64,000 bases of DNA from Heterodontus francisci (Eukaryota), in the NCBI RefSeq assembly GCF_036365525.1, contig NC_090397.1, positions 33,795,679 to 33,859,678 on the forward strand, given 5' to 3'. This document shows, piece by piece, positions 12,905 through 27,375 of the stretch; the stretch's first letter is position 1; each line of letters begins with the position of its first letter. The translations under genes and the position numbers were made by a program. Below the pieces are notes generated by a model that was not told the origin of the DNA, made no database searches, and saw only the letters and a program-made list of their open reading frames with translations.

Positions 12905-14340
12905 CAGATTCCCTCTCATTGCCTACCTGCACTTCCCTGCTAGCCGAGAGCTGGAGAGCACTTTCTTGCACTTCAGTGATGTGCTTAACAATCAAGTTAA
13001 GGTTTTCCTTCATCCTGCTTAAGATGGTAGCCTGAGTGTGTAGGCCATTGGTGAATGCCAGAATGTACTCAGGTGCCTGCCACAGCTGATGCTGCATGCA
13101 AGCTACTCCGTTCCATGGAAGTAGACCTCAGCATGAAGGTCTGATACCTTATGGCATCTTGTTGGTGATAGGCTCCTCCAATCTCTCTCCAATCGTATGC
13201 AGTGCCTTTGGAAAGGCTGTCAGAACCTCACACATTTTCTGCTGCTGCTCCAGAGTAGTCTTCTGCCTTGACGGCCTCCGAGGCTCAGCATCTGCGTCCA
13301 GCTGAGCCGAGCTTGGAGGATGCTGAGCCCTCCCACAGGGACTCTCCACTGCTGTAGCTGTCTCCATTACCACTTACTGCTCACTTGTGAGGTCTGCCTC
13401 ACCATGTGACAACCCAAGTACCCGTTCCACCATAGTGTGTGTATCTGAGCTAGTGGAGGGTGTGCATGAGTCCAGGGACAGTGTTTCTGCAGAGTGAGTG
13501 ACCTCCTCTGAGGAATCTTCATCCTCCTCCAGCACCACCTCCTGGGGGGCACTTGTAGGAGCTGTGGGAGATGTTGGACATGAATTAGAAGTGACAAGGT
13601 GGGTGGATTTGAAGTCATCATTGTGCAGATCATCATATTTCAATGGCTGCTGACATCAACTCAATGGGAGTGTGTTGTATGCTGTGCCACTGTGTTATAA
13701 TTCTGCCACAAGGTAGCTGGGAGACCCCCATCTCACCATCTCCAATGGACAGGTATGTGAAGACTTGGCATATCCCCATCATCACCTCCTCTGCAGCAGT
13801 CAAAGTGGAGATGACTGGAGGGCCACCTCCAGTTCTGTGACTCTCCTTGGTGTTCTGTGCTTTCTTTTCCTGCAGGGAGAGAAAGAAGAGACCTATGAAT
13901 GTGAGCTGTGGAATGCTTTGAGAGGGTGGAAGGATAGCATTTGTTAAAAGATAAGTGTTAGTGATGCTGGTCAGATGGGGATGTGAGGAGGTGCCTCAAA
14001 AGAGAGGGGTGGATACACCTGCAAGGTACGCTGGTATGAGGAGTGATGTGAGGAGAAGGCTGGGAAAGGCAGAGTGAGTGGCTTTGTACTCGGATGTGCC
14101 ATACCACTCACCTTTTCTTTCCTGCCCTGATCAGGCCATTGAACCTCGTGCAATACTATCCAGGAGTGAGGCAGCACACTCCTGCTGCTGACCTTCTTGC
14201 CACTTCCAGTCACACGAGCTTGTTTTCTGAGGGTCTCTCCTTTCTCCCATCTGTGGAGAATAGAATCTCCCTGTGGGCCCTTACAGCCCACCGCACCGCT
14301 GAAGCGTGGTGATGCCTTGCCAAGTTGAGACTCCATCTGT
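12905..14340 (-). pseudogene. Harbinger Myb/SANT-like accessory gene remnant
   Basis: MESQLGKASPRFS N-terminus followed by acidic linker and coiled-coil-like segments; convergent with the transposase. Confidence 0.6.
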
Positions 14341-16499
14341 ACAGTTCCTGGCTCTGTCATAACATTTCTACAATGCTTCAATTCTGACCCTCGCAGGGCC
14401 CCTTTAAATATTGGAGCTGAAACAGATTGATGAGTGTGGTTATGTCGCCCGCCTGCTCTAATTGGTCAGGAGTCCTGGAGGTTAGATGCATATGCAGAGG
14501 CTGGGTTAAAAAAGCCACTGACAAAATGCGCTGCTGAAATTTCCGGGTTCCCGACACACTGCCTACCTCCCCAACTGCGAGCGGGTCTGAAAGCTAAAAT
14601 TCAGCCACAGCTTTTTTTTATTGGGAACTGAATCAAAAATTACTGACCTGACTAATAAATATTAAAGCAATTCTTTCAAATAAGTTACAAAAATTTATCA
14701 GGCTGGATCGCCCCTTTCTGAATCTATTTTGACTGTTTTCTAGGCAATTATTGTCCAGTTTGCTCCTGATTAATTACTTTCTGGGATTTTGTTTCAAGAG
14801 GAAATCTTGTTCATATTAAGGTAGATCATTCTTCCAGGTGCACTGGTGAAAAGGAGCATTACCACTGCTGCCGTAGCACACAGATGTTGAGAAAACTTGA
14901 GATATTATTGTGTCCATGAGTAAGCCAAGACATTTATCACTTCATAAAATAGACTTCCTACAAAGAAAATTTTGAAATATCTTCTACTTATCCATGCATC
15001 CGTTGAAGTTTATTCCCTTGCCAGTATTGTGACAATTAGTTTACGATATGTGGACAAATGAATAAAGGATAAACACAATTAATCTCACCAATTTGACAGA
15101 AGTGAATGTCTTAAAATTTAAAGAGGGAGGTGACTCCAAAACCAAAGTTAAACTTATCCTGACCTTGCAATATTTCTGTCACCTTATATTAGTACGGAAG
15201 GAATTTGGTTTATTGATGTTAGTTGCATTGGACCTTTTATTATATATAATCTTTACTACTCTATGACCATTCCAGGATTAAACAATAAATTTCATCATAA
15301 TGGCTCCATTAAACGTTCTTGTAAAATTGACATGTTCCCTAGTGCCTATTTTCTGACATTGTATTGTCTATAAATTGTTGAATTCAATTCTGTGGTGTGC
15401 GTGTGGACAACATTAAAGTGCAAAATTACCACCAGGTATAAGGAAGACTGAGATTCAGAGGAGTACTATTTAAACATGCTTGAAGGACAATACACTTTTA
15501 AATATTTAAAAAAAAGGTTGTTTGTCTTACTGAAAAATGAATTTCTTCTGCCTGTAGCTTTCTCTAAAGAATGAAACAGTTATATTGTGGACTAAATGAG
15601 ATCAATTCTTCTCTGTTTAATGCCCTGTGTGCACTAGTTCTCAGTGTGTTAGCAAGAGGAAGGAGAGCATTGTAATGCTAGGTCTCTGTCCTATCTGTGC
15701 TTGATGTGCATTTCCTGACATAGGTGGCAAACTCCCACCTGATTTGAATTGCCCACAACTGAATTGGAAGTGATATCGGTGTAAGCTGAACTTTGGTTCT
15801 GTATGACAGAAATGGAGGCCATTTGGCCGCTGTTTCTCACAGCAGGCTGGAAATACTAGCTATTACAGGCCTGCAGGAGCACACAACTTCTGGAAATTCA
15901 ACTAGGCTCACCTGAAATCATGTTGGGCAGGTGCGAGAAGTCTAACTTAAACTGGTGCTGGAAGTGGAGGTAAATTGGCCCCAGTAAGTGTCACGAATTT
16001 GATTACTTTATCAAAATGCATACAATCCAGTAGATTCCTTCTCATTTATAAAATGCAACAAATTATATAGATTTTGAATAAATACAAGTATAGATCTTAA
16101 CCTCATCAATGCAGGTGTTCAGTATACTCAAGTGAATATGGAAATTAAATCATTGCTTAGAAATTAGTGTTCATGATATTAATATATGAGTTATTCTGTC
16201 AAGATGCCATTCCTCAGCTATTTTAATGTAGTGGTTAATCCATTTATGTTAAAATGAATGGACGAATGTCTCCATTAGAATGGCAGATAAAAGAACACCA
16301 TGCAATTGTTAAGCATTACCAGAAATAGTGATTTTGAGGTTATTTATTTTTGACTTCCCTCATACGTATTATGTTTTCCTACCATACAGGGGCTGACTTA
16401 GATCATTGTAGTTTCGAATGAATTTCCATTCAGAGGAAGAAAATCTTTTATGAAGAACCTTATCATAGACTAAAAATTCATTTGCCCCTTTATTGGGAT

Positions 16500-17020
16500 T
16501 GGGGGTCACAATTCACGACCTGTCCACCTGATTCCGATGGAGATGGGAAACACGCAAACTTGTTACTTCCAGCTTACTATCCGGGCTGTAGGGTGGGGCC
16601 GAATCGGTTTCTCACTGCCGACTGCCTCGATGCTCAGCAGAGGGCCGAACAGTGTTAGACTGAGAGCATATGGTGCAGCCAACCTGCTGTTCTTAAAGGC
16701 AGGCTGTCTCTCTTAAAGGGGAGATGCACTGAATAATTTTGTTGGCTTTTAAGACATGGAACATGGAATTTGAGGGCAGAGAGGGGGCTTCAGGGTTACA
16801 GATGTGGTGCTGGAGGTATTGGTGGTGGAGGTAGGCAGGAGGAGAGATGCCACAGTTTTGCAAGGGGCCAGGAAGCCCTCAAGGACCACCCTCAGAAGGG
16901 TTTGGGAGCAGTTGGCCAGGATGGTCAATTCCTGGGACTTGCAGCAGTGCCACAAGAAGTCTAACAACTTCACGTGGGTGATCAACGTCAGTGAATACAT
17001 GTGCACATGACGGGTTGAAT
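16500..17020 (+). mobile_element. Harbinger Myb/SANT-like fragment
   Basis: LEVLVVEVGRRRD...VWEQLARMVNS..QQCHKKSNNF, a Myb_DNA-bind_5-like pattern. Confidence 0.65.
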
Positions 17021-17029
17021 TTGGTGAGG

Positions 17030-19145
17030 CTGCCATGGTCCCAGTGGCGAACCCAGAAGTGGGCGTGTCCCTGCTCATCCCGTGTGCAGCCGGCCCACCG
17101 CGATCACATGGCAGGCGGCCACTTTACATATTGGAAGTGTGGGGCTCGGCCAGTTACGTGAGGGGAGTGGGATTTGAGGCATTGAATATGGCGTCGGATG
17201 ACTCCAGAGCAGGTGCTGGCACCATATTTAAAGTCCTGCCAGCCCTATTTACATTGCTGCCTTTGACTCATTTGCAGTGCTCTTTGCTGAAGCCCTTGCT
17301 GTAGTGACTCCTGGACCCCACACCTCCTGGAGAAGGATGTCTCAGGTTGGCAGAGGCAAGACACAGCGTGGCCTCATCGTTTAAAAATGCCTTTCTCGAG
17401 ATTCTCCTCCAGACTGCAAGGGAAGGTGGGCTGTCCTCTTCCCCGGCGAAGGCAAGAAGAGGTTCTCCCACCTGACTAAGCAAACCTGAATGGAGATCGC
17501 AGAGGAGGTCACCCACCTGAACATGGGTAAAGTGATGCAAGAGGGTCAACAGCCTCCATTGTTCTGAGAAGGTGACTGCTCCATACCTCTCTGCTTTTTA
17601 GGGTTTGCATGTGGAAAGAGGAAGTGGGACATGGGGTGGAAGGCAGCACAAAGGCATTAGCAAAGGAGGTTAAGCATCACTTCATCCTGACAGATGTATG
17701 GCTGCATCACAGCCATAGGCCACCCTCTTTCACAGCTCAGCCCCATTAACTCCCATGAGAGCTGACAGGAGAATGAGCTATATAGGAAATCCCAATAGGG
17801 GGTGAGGGGCTGCTACTAACAGAACTGTCATGTTGATCTCTCTACAAAATATGACTTTCTCCTTCTTTCCACTTGCAGGACAAGAGGGCCTATAACAGCA
17901 GTGAGACATTGTGGACTGGGGAAGACATCCCAGACATCAGGCCTCTCTCAACAGCTGAGGAAGAGGCACTTGAATTCGCAGGGTCCCAGGGCGGCCGCTC
18001 AATAGCTGATGGTGAGACTGGAGTCTTCACGCAAGAGAGTGAGGATTGTCTTCCATCGACATGCAGTTCACTTTTGGAGATTCACCGCACCTGTTTGCAT
18101 GAGGAGATCTGCACAACCTAACCCACATGTTTGTGTTCTGTCATGTAGGAGGGCGACCGCGGGAGACTCCAGTAGAAGGGCAACATAATTCAACCTCTGG
18201 GGAGGATCAGGAGTCAGAGGATGCACTGTCACAAGAGTCTCTTGCACCTTCCACCAGAGCAGATACTTTCACCTCGGTGAGTTTATGCTTGACTAGGGAA
18301 TCAGGATCACAAGCTAGTGAGAGAAACACATGCACGCCTGAGCAGCTGGCTGAGGCTGAGACAGCCGAGGATACTGACTGTTGGAGGACTTGGGTAACAA
18401 AGCCCATGCTGAGCCTCAGGCTGATGACGAGCCTCTGGTGTCAACAACACAGGGCATGATGGTGCTGAAGTGAGGGGTAAGGCAAAATCTGGCGGAGATG
18501 CCAGAGGCCATGCGCAGCCATGAGCGGACAATGGAGAAGTCCATCCATGTCATGCCTACTGCCATGTTTCAGGCATGTGAGTGCATCATTTCCTCCATCG
18601 AGAGGTTGGCGACCCTCACGGAGAGCCAGATTCCACAAATGCATGCTACTTGCACACCATCGCCTTGGCCTTAAGCTCAATGCAGCAGTGGTAAAGTGAG
18701 AGAAGGACAAGGGCCTTGGAGACTTCTCCAGCTGCTCATCCTTCTCTGGTGAGCAGGGAGATTCAAGTGAGCCTTGAAAGGGAGGAGGAGAGCCTGACGT
18801 CCACAGCAGGGGGCTCCCCTCAGGGTGCACTGAGTGTGGAGAGCGGCTCCTCAGCCAGTGAGCCCAGCTCCAGTAGCTGTGATGCCTGAGAAAAGACCCT
18901 GCACCTGTGCAGGAATCCCTCAGGAATTCGGGGCCCTCCCGGCTACAGGCAGCCAGAACATGGCTGCCGAAGTCATCACAGGCCAAGGGGCCATGTGATC
19001 AGCAGCCTGCTTCCAGCCCAGCGACGAGTGCAGGGGTTTACACCCAAACGAATGAAGAAAACCACCTGGAAACACTTACGGTTTCACGGGTGTTTGACAT
19101 TTGCCATTTGTTTTGTCTTATAATTTTTTTTGTTTTTGAAATTAA
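17030..19145 (+). mobile_element. Harbinger Myb/SANT-like gene remnant with introns
   Basis: Myb-like segment at 17340-17570, then acceptor TTGCAG followed by DKRAYN...TGED..IRPLSTAEEEALEFAG. Confidence 0.65.
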
Positions 19146-19149
19146 CTTT

Positions 19150-22100
19150 CAAAGAACAGTACAGCACAGGAACAGGCCATTCGGCCCTCCAAGCCTGCGC
19201 CGATCTTGATGCCTGCCTAAACTAAAACCTTCTGCACTTCTGGGGAACGTATCCCTCTATTCCCTTCCTATTCATATATTTGTCAAGATGCCTCTTAAAC
19301 GTCGCTATCGTACCTGCTTCCACCACCTCCACCGGCCGCAAGTTCCAGGCACTCACCACCCTCTGTGGAAAGAACTTGCCTTGCCCATCCGCTCTAAACT
19401 TTGCCCCTCGCATCTTAAACCTATGCCCCCTAGTAACTGACTCTTCCACTCTGTCCATGCCGCTCATAACTTTGTAAACCTCTATCATGTCGCCCCTCCA
19501 CCTCCGTTGTTCCAGTGAAAACAATCCGAGTTTATCTAACCTCTCCTCATAGCTAATGCCCTCCAGACCAGGCAACATCCTGGTAAACCTCTTCTGTACC
19601 CTCTCCCAAGCCTCCACGTCCTTCTGGTCGTGTGGCGACCAGAATTTCACACAATATTCTAAGTGTTGCCTAACTAAAGTTCTGTACAGCTGCAGCATGA
19701 CTTGCCAATTGTTATACTCTATGCCCCGACCGATGAAGGCAAGCATGCCGTATGCCTTCTTGACTACCTTATCCACCTGCGTTGCCACTTTCAGTGACCT
19801 GTGGACCTGTACGCCCAGATCTCTCTGCCTGTCAATACTCCTAAGGGTTCTGCCATTTACTGTATACATCCCACCTGCATTAGACCTTCCAAAATGCATT
19901 ACCTCACATTTGTCCGGATTAAACGCCATCTGCCATTTCTCCACCCAAGTCTCCAACCGATCTATATCCTGCTGTATCCTCTGACAATCCTCATCACTAT
20001 CCGCAACTCCACCAACCTTTGTGTCGTCCGCAAACTTACTAATCAGACCAGCTACATTTTCCTCCAAATCATTTATATATACTACAAACAGCAAAGGTCC
20101 CAGCACTGATCCCTGCGGAACACCACTAGTCACATCCCTCCATTCAGAAAAGCACCCTTCCACTGCTACCCTCTGTCTTCTATGACTGAGCCAGTTCTGT
20201 ATCCATCTTGCCAGCTCACCTCTGATCCCGTGTGACCTCACCTTTTGTACCAGTCTGCCATGAGGGACCTTGTCAAAGGCTTTACTGAAGTCCATATAGA
20301 TAACATCCACTGCCCTTCCTTCATCAATCATCTTTGTCACTTCCTCAAAAAACTCAATCAAATTTGTGAGACACGACCTCCCCTTCACAAAACCATGCTG
20401 CGTTTCGCTAATAAGTTCATTTGTTTCCAAATGGGAGTAAATCCTGTCCCGAGGAATCCTCTCCAATAATTTCCCTACCACTACCGTAAGGCTCACCGGC
20501 CTATAATTTCCTGGATTATCCTTGCTACCCTTCTTAAACAAAAGAACAACATTGGCTATTCTCCAGTCCTCTGGGACCTCACCTGTAGCCAATGAGGATA
20601 CAAAGATTTCTGTCAAGGCCCCAGCAATTTCTTCCCTTGCCTCCCTCATTATTCTGGGGTAGATCCCATCAGGCCCTGGGGACTTATCTACTTTAATGCT
20701 TTGCAAGACACCCAACACCTCCTCCTTTTTGATAATGAGATGACCCAAACTATCTACACTCCCTTCCCTAGGCTCATCATCCACCAAGTCCTTCTCTTTG
20801 GTGAATACTGATGCAAAGTACTCATTTAGTACCTCGCCCATTTCTTCTGGCTCCACACATAGATTTCCTTCTCTGCCCTTGAGTGGGCCAGCCCTTTCCC
20901 TAGTTACCCTCTTGCTCTTTATATACGTATAAAAAGCCTTGGGATTTTCCTTAATCCTGTTTGCCAATGACTTTTCATGACCCCTTTTAGCCCTCCTGAC
21001 TCCTTGCTTAAGTTCCTTCCTACTGTCTTTATATTCCTCAAGGAATTAGTCTGTTCCTAGCCTTCCAGCCCTTACAAATGCTTCCTTTTTCTTTTTGACT
21101 TGGCTCACAATATCCCGCATTATCTAAGGTTCCCGAAACTTGCCAGACTTATCCTTCTTCCTCATAGGAACATGCTGGTCCTAGATTCTAATCAACTGAC
21201 TTTTGAAAGACTCCCACATGTCAGATGTTGATTTACCCTCAAACAGCCGCCCCCAATCTAAATTCTTCAGTTCCTGCCTAATATTGTTATTATTAGCCTT
21301 CCCCCAATTTAGCACCTTCACCTGAGGACTACTCTTATCCTTATCCACAAGTACCTTAAAACTTATGGAATTATGGTCACTGTTCCCGAAATGCTCCCCG
21401 ACTGAAACTTCGACCACCTGGCCGGGCTCATTCCCCAATACCAGGTCCAGTACGGCCCCATCCCTAGTTGGACTATCTACATATTGTTTCAAGAAGCCCT
21501 CCTGGATGCTCCTTACAAATTCTGCCGCATCCAAGCCCCTAGCACTAAGTGAGTCCCAGTAATATAGGGGAAGTTAAAATCACCTACCACTACAACCCTG
21601 TTGCCTTTACATTTTTCCAAAATCTGTCTACATATCTGCTCCTCTACCTCCCTCTGGCTGTTGGGAGGCCTGTAGAAAACCCCCAACATCGTGACTGCAC
21701 CTTTCCTATTCGTGAGCTCCACCCATATTGCCTCGCTGCACGACCCCTCCGGGGTGTCCTCCCGCAGTACAGCGGAGTATTCTCCTTAACAAGTAATGCA
21801 ACTCCCCCACCCCTTTACATCCCCCTCTATCCCACCTGAAGCTTCTAAATCCTGGAACATTTAGCTGCCAATCCTGTCCTTCCCTCAACCAAGTCTCTGT
21901 AATAGCAACAACATCATAGTTCCAAGTACTAATCCAAGCTCTAAGTTCATCTGCCTTACATGTTATACTTCTCGCATTGAAACAAATACACTTCAGACCA
22001 CCAGTCCCGTTGTGCTCTGCAACATTTCCCTGCCTGCTCTTCCTCTTAGTCTTACTGGCCTTATTTACTAGTTCCCCCTCATTTATTTCACTAGCTGTCC

Positions 22101-22321
22101 TACTGCTCTGGTTCCCACCCCACTGCCACACTAGTTTAAACCCTCCCGAGTGACGCCAGCAAACCTCGCAGCCAGGATATTTGTGCCCCTCCAGTTCAGA
22201 TGCAACCCGTCCTTCTTGTACAGGTCCCCTCTGTCCCTGAAGAGATCCCAATGGTCCAGATATCTGAAACCCTCCCTTCTACACCAGCTGTTCAGCCACG
22301 TGTTTAGCTGCACTATCTTCC
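19150..22321 (-). mobile_element. CR1 LINE (end of ORF1 + ORF2)
   Basis: DGLHLN end of the esterase, APE fragments, RT, and a 3' tail similar to the copy at 7903-11627. Confidence 0.95.
19222..20967 (-). pseudogene. CR1 ORF2 RT portion (581 aa uninterrupted)
   Basis: All RT motifs are in one frame, but the upstream APE is frameshifted. Confidence 0.9.
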
Positions 22322-23180
22322 TTGTGGAAGATGCTTATTCTATCATGCCATAAATCTGAGATGCTGACTTCACCCTTCCCCCATAGTGGCTGCCAATGTA
22401 GGCACAGTCCTCATTTCAATAGGGTCTTCTATGGCCAATAGCGCGAAGCTCAGCTGGGCCTAGGCACAGAAGACTAGAAAGGAGGCGACACATTACATGG
22501 ATTGAGGTGAGCCTTTATTGATTTCACTCTGAGAGGCCATCATGGTGGCTGAGGAGCATGTATGCAGGGATGCTGGGTGCATTGGCTGGCTTGCCAGAGA
22601 GCCTCTTGTCACTGTCAAGGAGCATGTAGGTGTCTGGTCCAAGCAGGCTGAGGGCATTGGGCAAAGCTAACTCTCTCCGCAGCCTCTGCTGCATCTCCAT
22701 ATCATGCCGCAGACCCAGAGCCACTGCCATTGCTGACCCCCATACCTGTTGCAGCCCTTGTGTGGACAGGTCACCTACTCCTCTGTCCTCCCTGTGAGAA
22801 TGCTGCAACACTCCCTGGAAAATCCAGGAATTCATGACAGCACCTCCCAAAACACCGCAGAGTGCTTCCAGAGACTTTACAATGGCAGACATTCTTAAAA
22901 ATTACCTTCCCTGAAATCTGGGTGCCTGGCCCTTTCAGGAACAGGGCCCATTTTGCAGCTTATTGTTTGTAGAGTGATGTATGAATTCATTGTGTGGCCC
23001 AAATTAGGTATCCCCGTGTTGCATTAACCGTTTTGGATGTGTGACGTCAGGATAACGCTCCTTCACAGGCTTCTGGTGCATGCTGGGGACACCCGCATAG
23101 GTGCACCAAAAGTGGCTTGTGGCACATGGTGCCCCAGAAAAATGGTGCTAGACCAGTGGCACTACAGAGACTAAGTTCTC
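22322..23180 (-). mobile_element. probable 5' part of a Harbinger transposase and terminal region
   Basis: Degenerate N-terminal-like segment convergent with the Myb remnant at 17030-19145; GC-rich subterminal sequence. Confidence 0.4.
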
Positions 23181-23848
23181 TCTGCATGTTCCTCACAAAA
23201 GTCACAAATATTTTTGCAGATGATGAGTTGCTTTGAAGTGTGGGTAAAATGAATAGACAAATTTTCCATCAACTGATAGAATCTCCCAAGGAGATACCAG
23301 GTGTCACACCAAATAGCATCTGAGTGTTTTCAGATAGCCACTAAATATGTTTATTTATGTGCACATATTTTCTGCAAATCTCTCAGATTTTGCTCTTGTT
23401 AAAAATTTCAGTATTGCTCCCGTTGGGAGCAATAATGCAGCCTCAGTACAGGGACACTTCGATCACTGCACATCAGGTGCTGCACATGCTTTGGGAGCAA
23501 TAAGGTGACATGTCAGATACTGCAGGGTCAGATCATTAACATATTTTGACAACATCTGAACATTTACATTTTGTGCTGAGGTTGGGACTGGAGTTTCCTG
23601 TATTGCCGGTTCTTAAAAGGGCCTTAAAACTATGCTTTCTTGGCAGAAAAAGTAGTTGGGGGATGAATGGTCCTTTCAACAATCAGGCTTTGGAGATTCT
23701 ACAGCAATCAAGGTGATCACCCTGTAATTAAGCATTCCACTAGAACAGCAAGGATGCAGGTGATGACGTATGTCAATACATTTCACCTGTAGCCTGAATC
23801 TGGCAGCAGATAGGTCTGTAAATAATGGACAAGATATGAACAGGTTAC

Positions 23849-23938
23849 CTTCAGAAGCTTCTTGATTGCTCTTCCTTGTAAACTTGGTCCACCATCACAG
23901 AGGGAGAATTCAGCAACCTTTGCCAAATGTTCATTCTT
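23849..23938 (-). other. candidate 90-nt exon
   Basis: TTTAG|...|GTAACC boundaries with one open frame (KNEHLAKVAEFSLCDGGPSLQGRAIKKLLK); weak polypyrimidine tract. Confidence 0.2.
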
Positions 23939-26499
23939 CTAAATGCACAGGTGTACTCATATTGTACAGCAGTGTGTATACGATTGTGTTTCATCCATTC
24001 AACGTGTCAAGTAACAAACATCAAGCACTATGCAAGCACAAAGTTCCTGAATGGTACATTTTCACACACTTACATAAGGTGGCCACATGTATATGTGCTC
24101 TCACACTCTGCTTGGCTGCATATGTCCTTTTAACATCTGCCTACAGGAGAACTGTTGCACATAATAGATAGCAATTCTTGCAGGGGTGGAGGGGTTGGCA
24201 GGGGGACGGTCAGCAAAGCTGCATCCTTGACTCTTTATGAAGAGAGGGTTATCAACATTATTGATGTGGTGGCAATAATGGGAGTGGGGGAGGGTGAAGT
24301 CAGAGGCTTTTGCTTATCTCCTTATTCAGTCACACACACACACAGACATTGCAGCACTTCCGTATAACACAGTAGCTGTCAATTACAAAAAGATGCAAGG
24401 AGAACAACAATATACATTTGGCAACAAGGACCTAACTGAAAGGAATGGGCCTTGTTGCAGCACCTGCTGGGTATCCAGCTTATCAGCTGCTGCTCAGGAC
24501 TCTCAATCACATTATGTGGACGGCTTCTGATTTCAATGACATTAAATGGAATGATCCTTTCCCTGTTTCCCCATAGTGTTGAACCTCACTAACACAACTA
24601 GCACAAGAAACTTATATTTTTCCAATATTTTAATTTGCTTATTAATCACTGGTATTTCATTCAGTTGTGAGTAAATTGATGTAGGTATATCTCTAAAGCA
24701 TTTCAAGGGAAAAGTCATTATGCAAATTTTTGCTGTCCACAAAGATTTACGATCTTCAGTCTTGTTCAAACTCAGAGCATTTCAATAATTTAAAATTTCA
24801 AGGTTAGCTTGCTTAGTTCATTTTATGGCTTTGAAATCCACAGAAATAAAAGTCAATAATCTTTTCATTCCTGAATTAATAACTTATAGTGTAATGACGT
24901 AGAGTGGCCTGGTTTCACAGGTCACTCATGGCAGTGAAACTGAGAAAAATCCTGAAAGTCAATGGGACACCACAGCTTATAATTAATTGTAGATTAAATA
25001 TAATCTAAGAAATTACACTTCTGTTCAATGAAACCCTCCACATGGTGAATGAGCCAGTTTTGCTGAAAAAGTAACAGGGTCTGAATGACGCATGCCATTA
25101 TTATCGTGCAAATCAGCTGGCAACTCAGCAAGGTAGAGATACCCAGTGAATTGTGAATCGCCACAAGTTGTGGCCAGTTTTGGAATAAACTCCTCATGAT
25201 TTTCATGAAGTTGCTGTAAACTATGTCTCGTAATTAACAATGTAAATAGCTTTATAATGGTGTGATGTTTTTGTTAATGGCTACCGATAGATTTCTGCTG
25301 CCTGGAAAGTAAAAAAAAAACTAAGTGTAGAGTCTCATTCCTTCAGGTTGTGAATTATTTTAGGCAATTTAAAAAATGTTATTTTCTTTACACTTTTTTC
25401 TTACTTTTCCTTCCTGTCTTTTCTCTTTTATTAAATCCAAACTTTCTTTCCCTCTCTTTATTTCTATTTCTGTACCTTATTTGACATGAAATTCATCCAA
25501 TCTAATTCACTCTTCTTCTTGGTTCTTGGACGGTTATTTCTCAATTCTTAAATCTTATTGGATAAGGAGATGATATGTTTGTCCCAGATACCTAGTTATC
25601 CTCGCTGTGCTGTTAGCAGCTCACACTTCCAGCTACTTTATATGTAAAATATTTAAAAACCTATATGTGCCTAACAGCGCATGCCATGAGATGCTCCGCT
25701 CCAGTAAAATCTGGCCCATTGTACCGTCGCTTCAGCTCTTAGATCAGCGCTGAGTGCCTGATTCACCGCTGTGCTCACTGTGGCATGATTAGAAATTTGG
25801 AGCAAGTTAGCAATAGCTAGGTCAGCATGCCAGATGGCAAGAATTGCGATACTCCTCGCTAATCTCGCAGGAAATCTGGGTCATGGTGTTTGTTCGCAAT
25901 ACTGCTCCACCAAAGTCACTACATGATATCTTGTGTGGTGCTGCTCATTTGCTGTCTGTCTCCAGATGATTGTAAATATTTTTGGCAGTGCAACATTGTG
26001 TGAATGGGGTGGTATAAATCAACGGTTCTGCACCAGCCAGCAGCTTCATCATCCCACATGTCCTCTGTCTCCTCCTTGATGCTTATAACTCCCTCTTTGT
26101 AGATGCTGAGGGCTCTTATTTGTTAACTGTTATTTTTTTCAATTCTAAGTGCCTTGTGTGACTGCAGTGTTAGTCTGCTGCATGCTTCTCTGCCATCATA
26201 CATAATCCTATACCATTTCCATCAGGTTGCTAGCTGGTCTAATACAATTTTACTCACTCACTGAATTATTAATGTCAGTACTTTCAGTGACTACAGCTAT
26301 TTAGCCTTGCACCTATGTCACCTCCAATTTTGCATTGTATCTTCATGTTATTCTTTGTTGCTTAATACTTTCACATGCAAGTTTACAAGCTCTTGCTCTT
26401 CATTATTTTTTACTACTGAGGCATATATTTCTGTCACTTACAGCTTTTTCCCATGTCTATATTTGGGTTATTCGGGACATTCACATAAATATTCACTGC

Positions 26500-26730
26500 T
26501 TACCTTTGCACTTTGCTTCAGGTCATGGAGCTTCTTCTCACTTCAGTCCAAGTCTGGTGCATCAGCAAAACTGCATTCATCACTGTGACCTCTTCCATTG
26601 CCCCATGGCACCCTTGGATTATTTTTGCCTTCCTCTTTCACCCTCAGGAGGCTAATTCTGTACTTCATCACTTCATGAACAAGAGTCTGCAGGGCATCGT
26701 TTGTGAAACGGGGTTTGCAGTTTGAGTTCC
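26500..26730 (-). mobile_element. old Harbinger Myb/SANT-like remnant
   Basis: CKPRFTNDALQTLVHEV, followed by a frameshifted WTEVRR segment. Confidence 0.55.
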
Positions 26731-27375
26731 CTTGTTCATTACGACCAAATTTACTTACTTCACAGCTGAATTTAAAAAAAGATTTGCTTTCATATGGAGC
26801 TTTATCAAATCTCGAAGAAACTTTACATGCAATAAATTGCTTCAAAGTTTGGCCGGCGCTGCCCTATGGGACAAAAATGTTCCTCCTATGAATTCAGTGC
26901 TTTATTAACTTATGCCCCTGCAGTATTATTTCAGGAGTGCCTTGACTGGTTAATCAGTTACACTAAATCCAAGTTTTGCTCCTTCCAACAGATTCATGGA
27001 CAAAATAGACAAATAAATTTGCACCTATTTAATTAATTTCAGCTTCTAAAGTAAGAATTTTACCTCTTGTGTGTTGAGCAATTTATTACTTTTCTTCACC
27101 AAGCAGTGTGAAAATTTTCAATTCTGATGACAGACCCACTGTGAAACTAACTTCTGTTACAGTTTTGCAATATTAAAAATAACTGCAATTGGATTTACAG
27201 TACACTCCAAATGTTATTGAATGTGACCTGGTAATGTCCTGTGTACTGAGTACTTTTCTTTACCACTTAAGGATATTTGCATATTATACAGATTAGAATA
27301 GGAAAACTTCTGGGATCATTATGTTCTCCGTGCTAGGTGCTGGAGTTCAAGAGGTCATTATATATAGAAATGTGT

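Larger units (their letters stand above)
6741..14606 (+). mobile_element. decayed PIF/Harbinger transposon (transposase +, Myb/SANT-like gene -), split by two CR1 insertions
   Basis: Transposase remnant at 7439-7800, Myb-like remnant at about 12900-14340 on the minus strand, and right TIR AAAATTCAGCC at 14596-14606. The left end is approximate. Confidence 0.7.
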
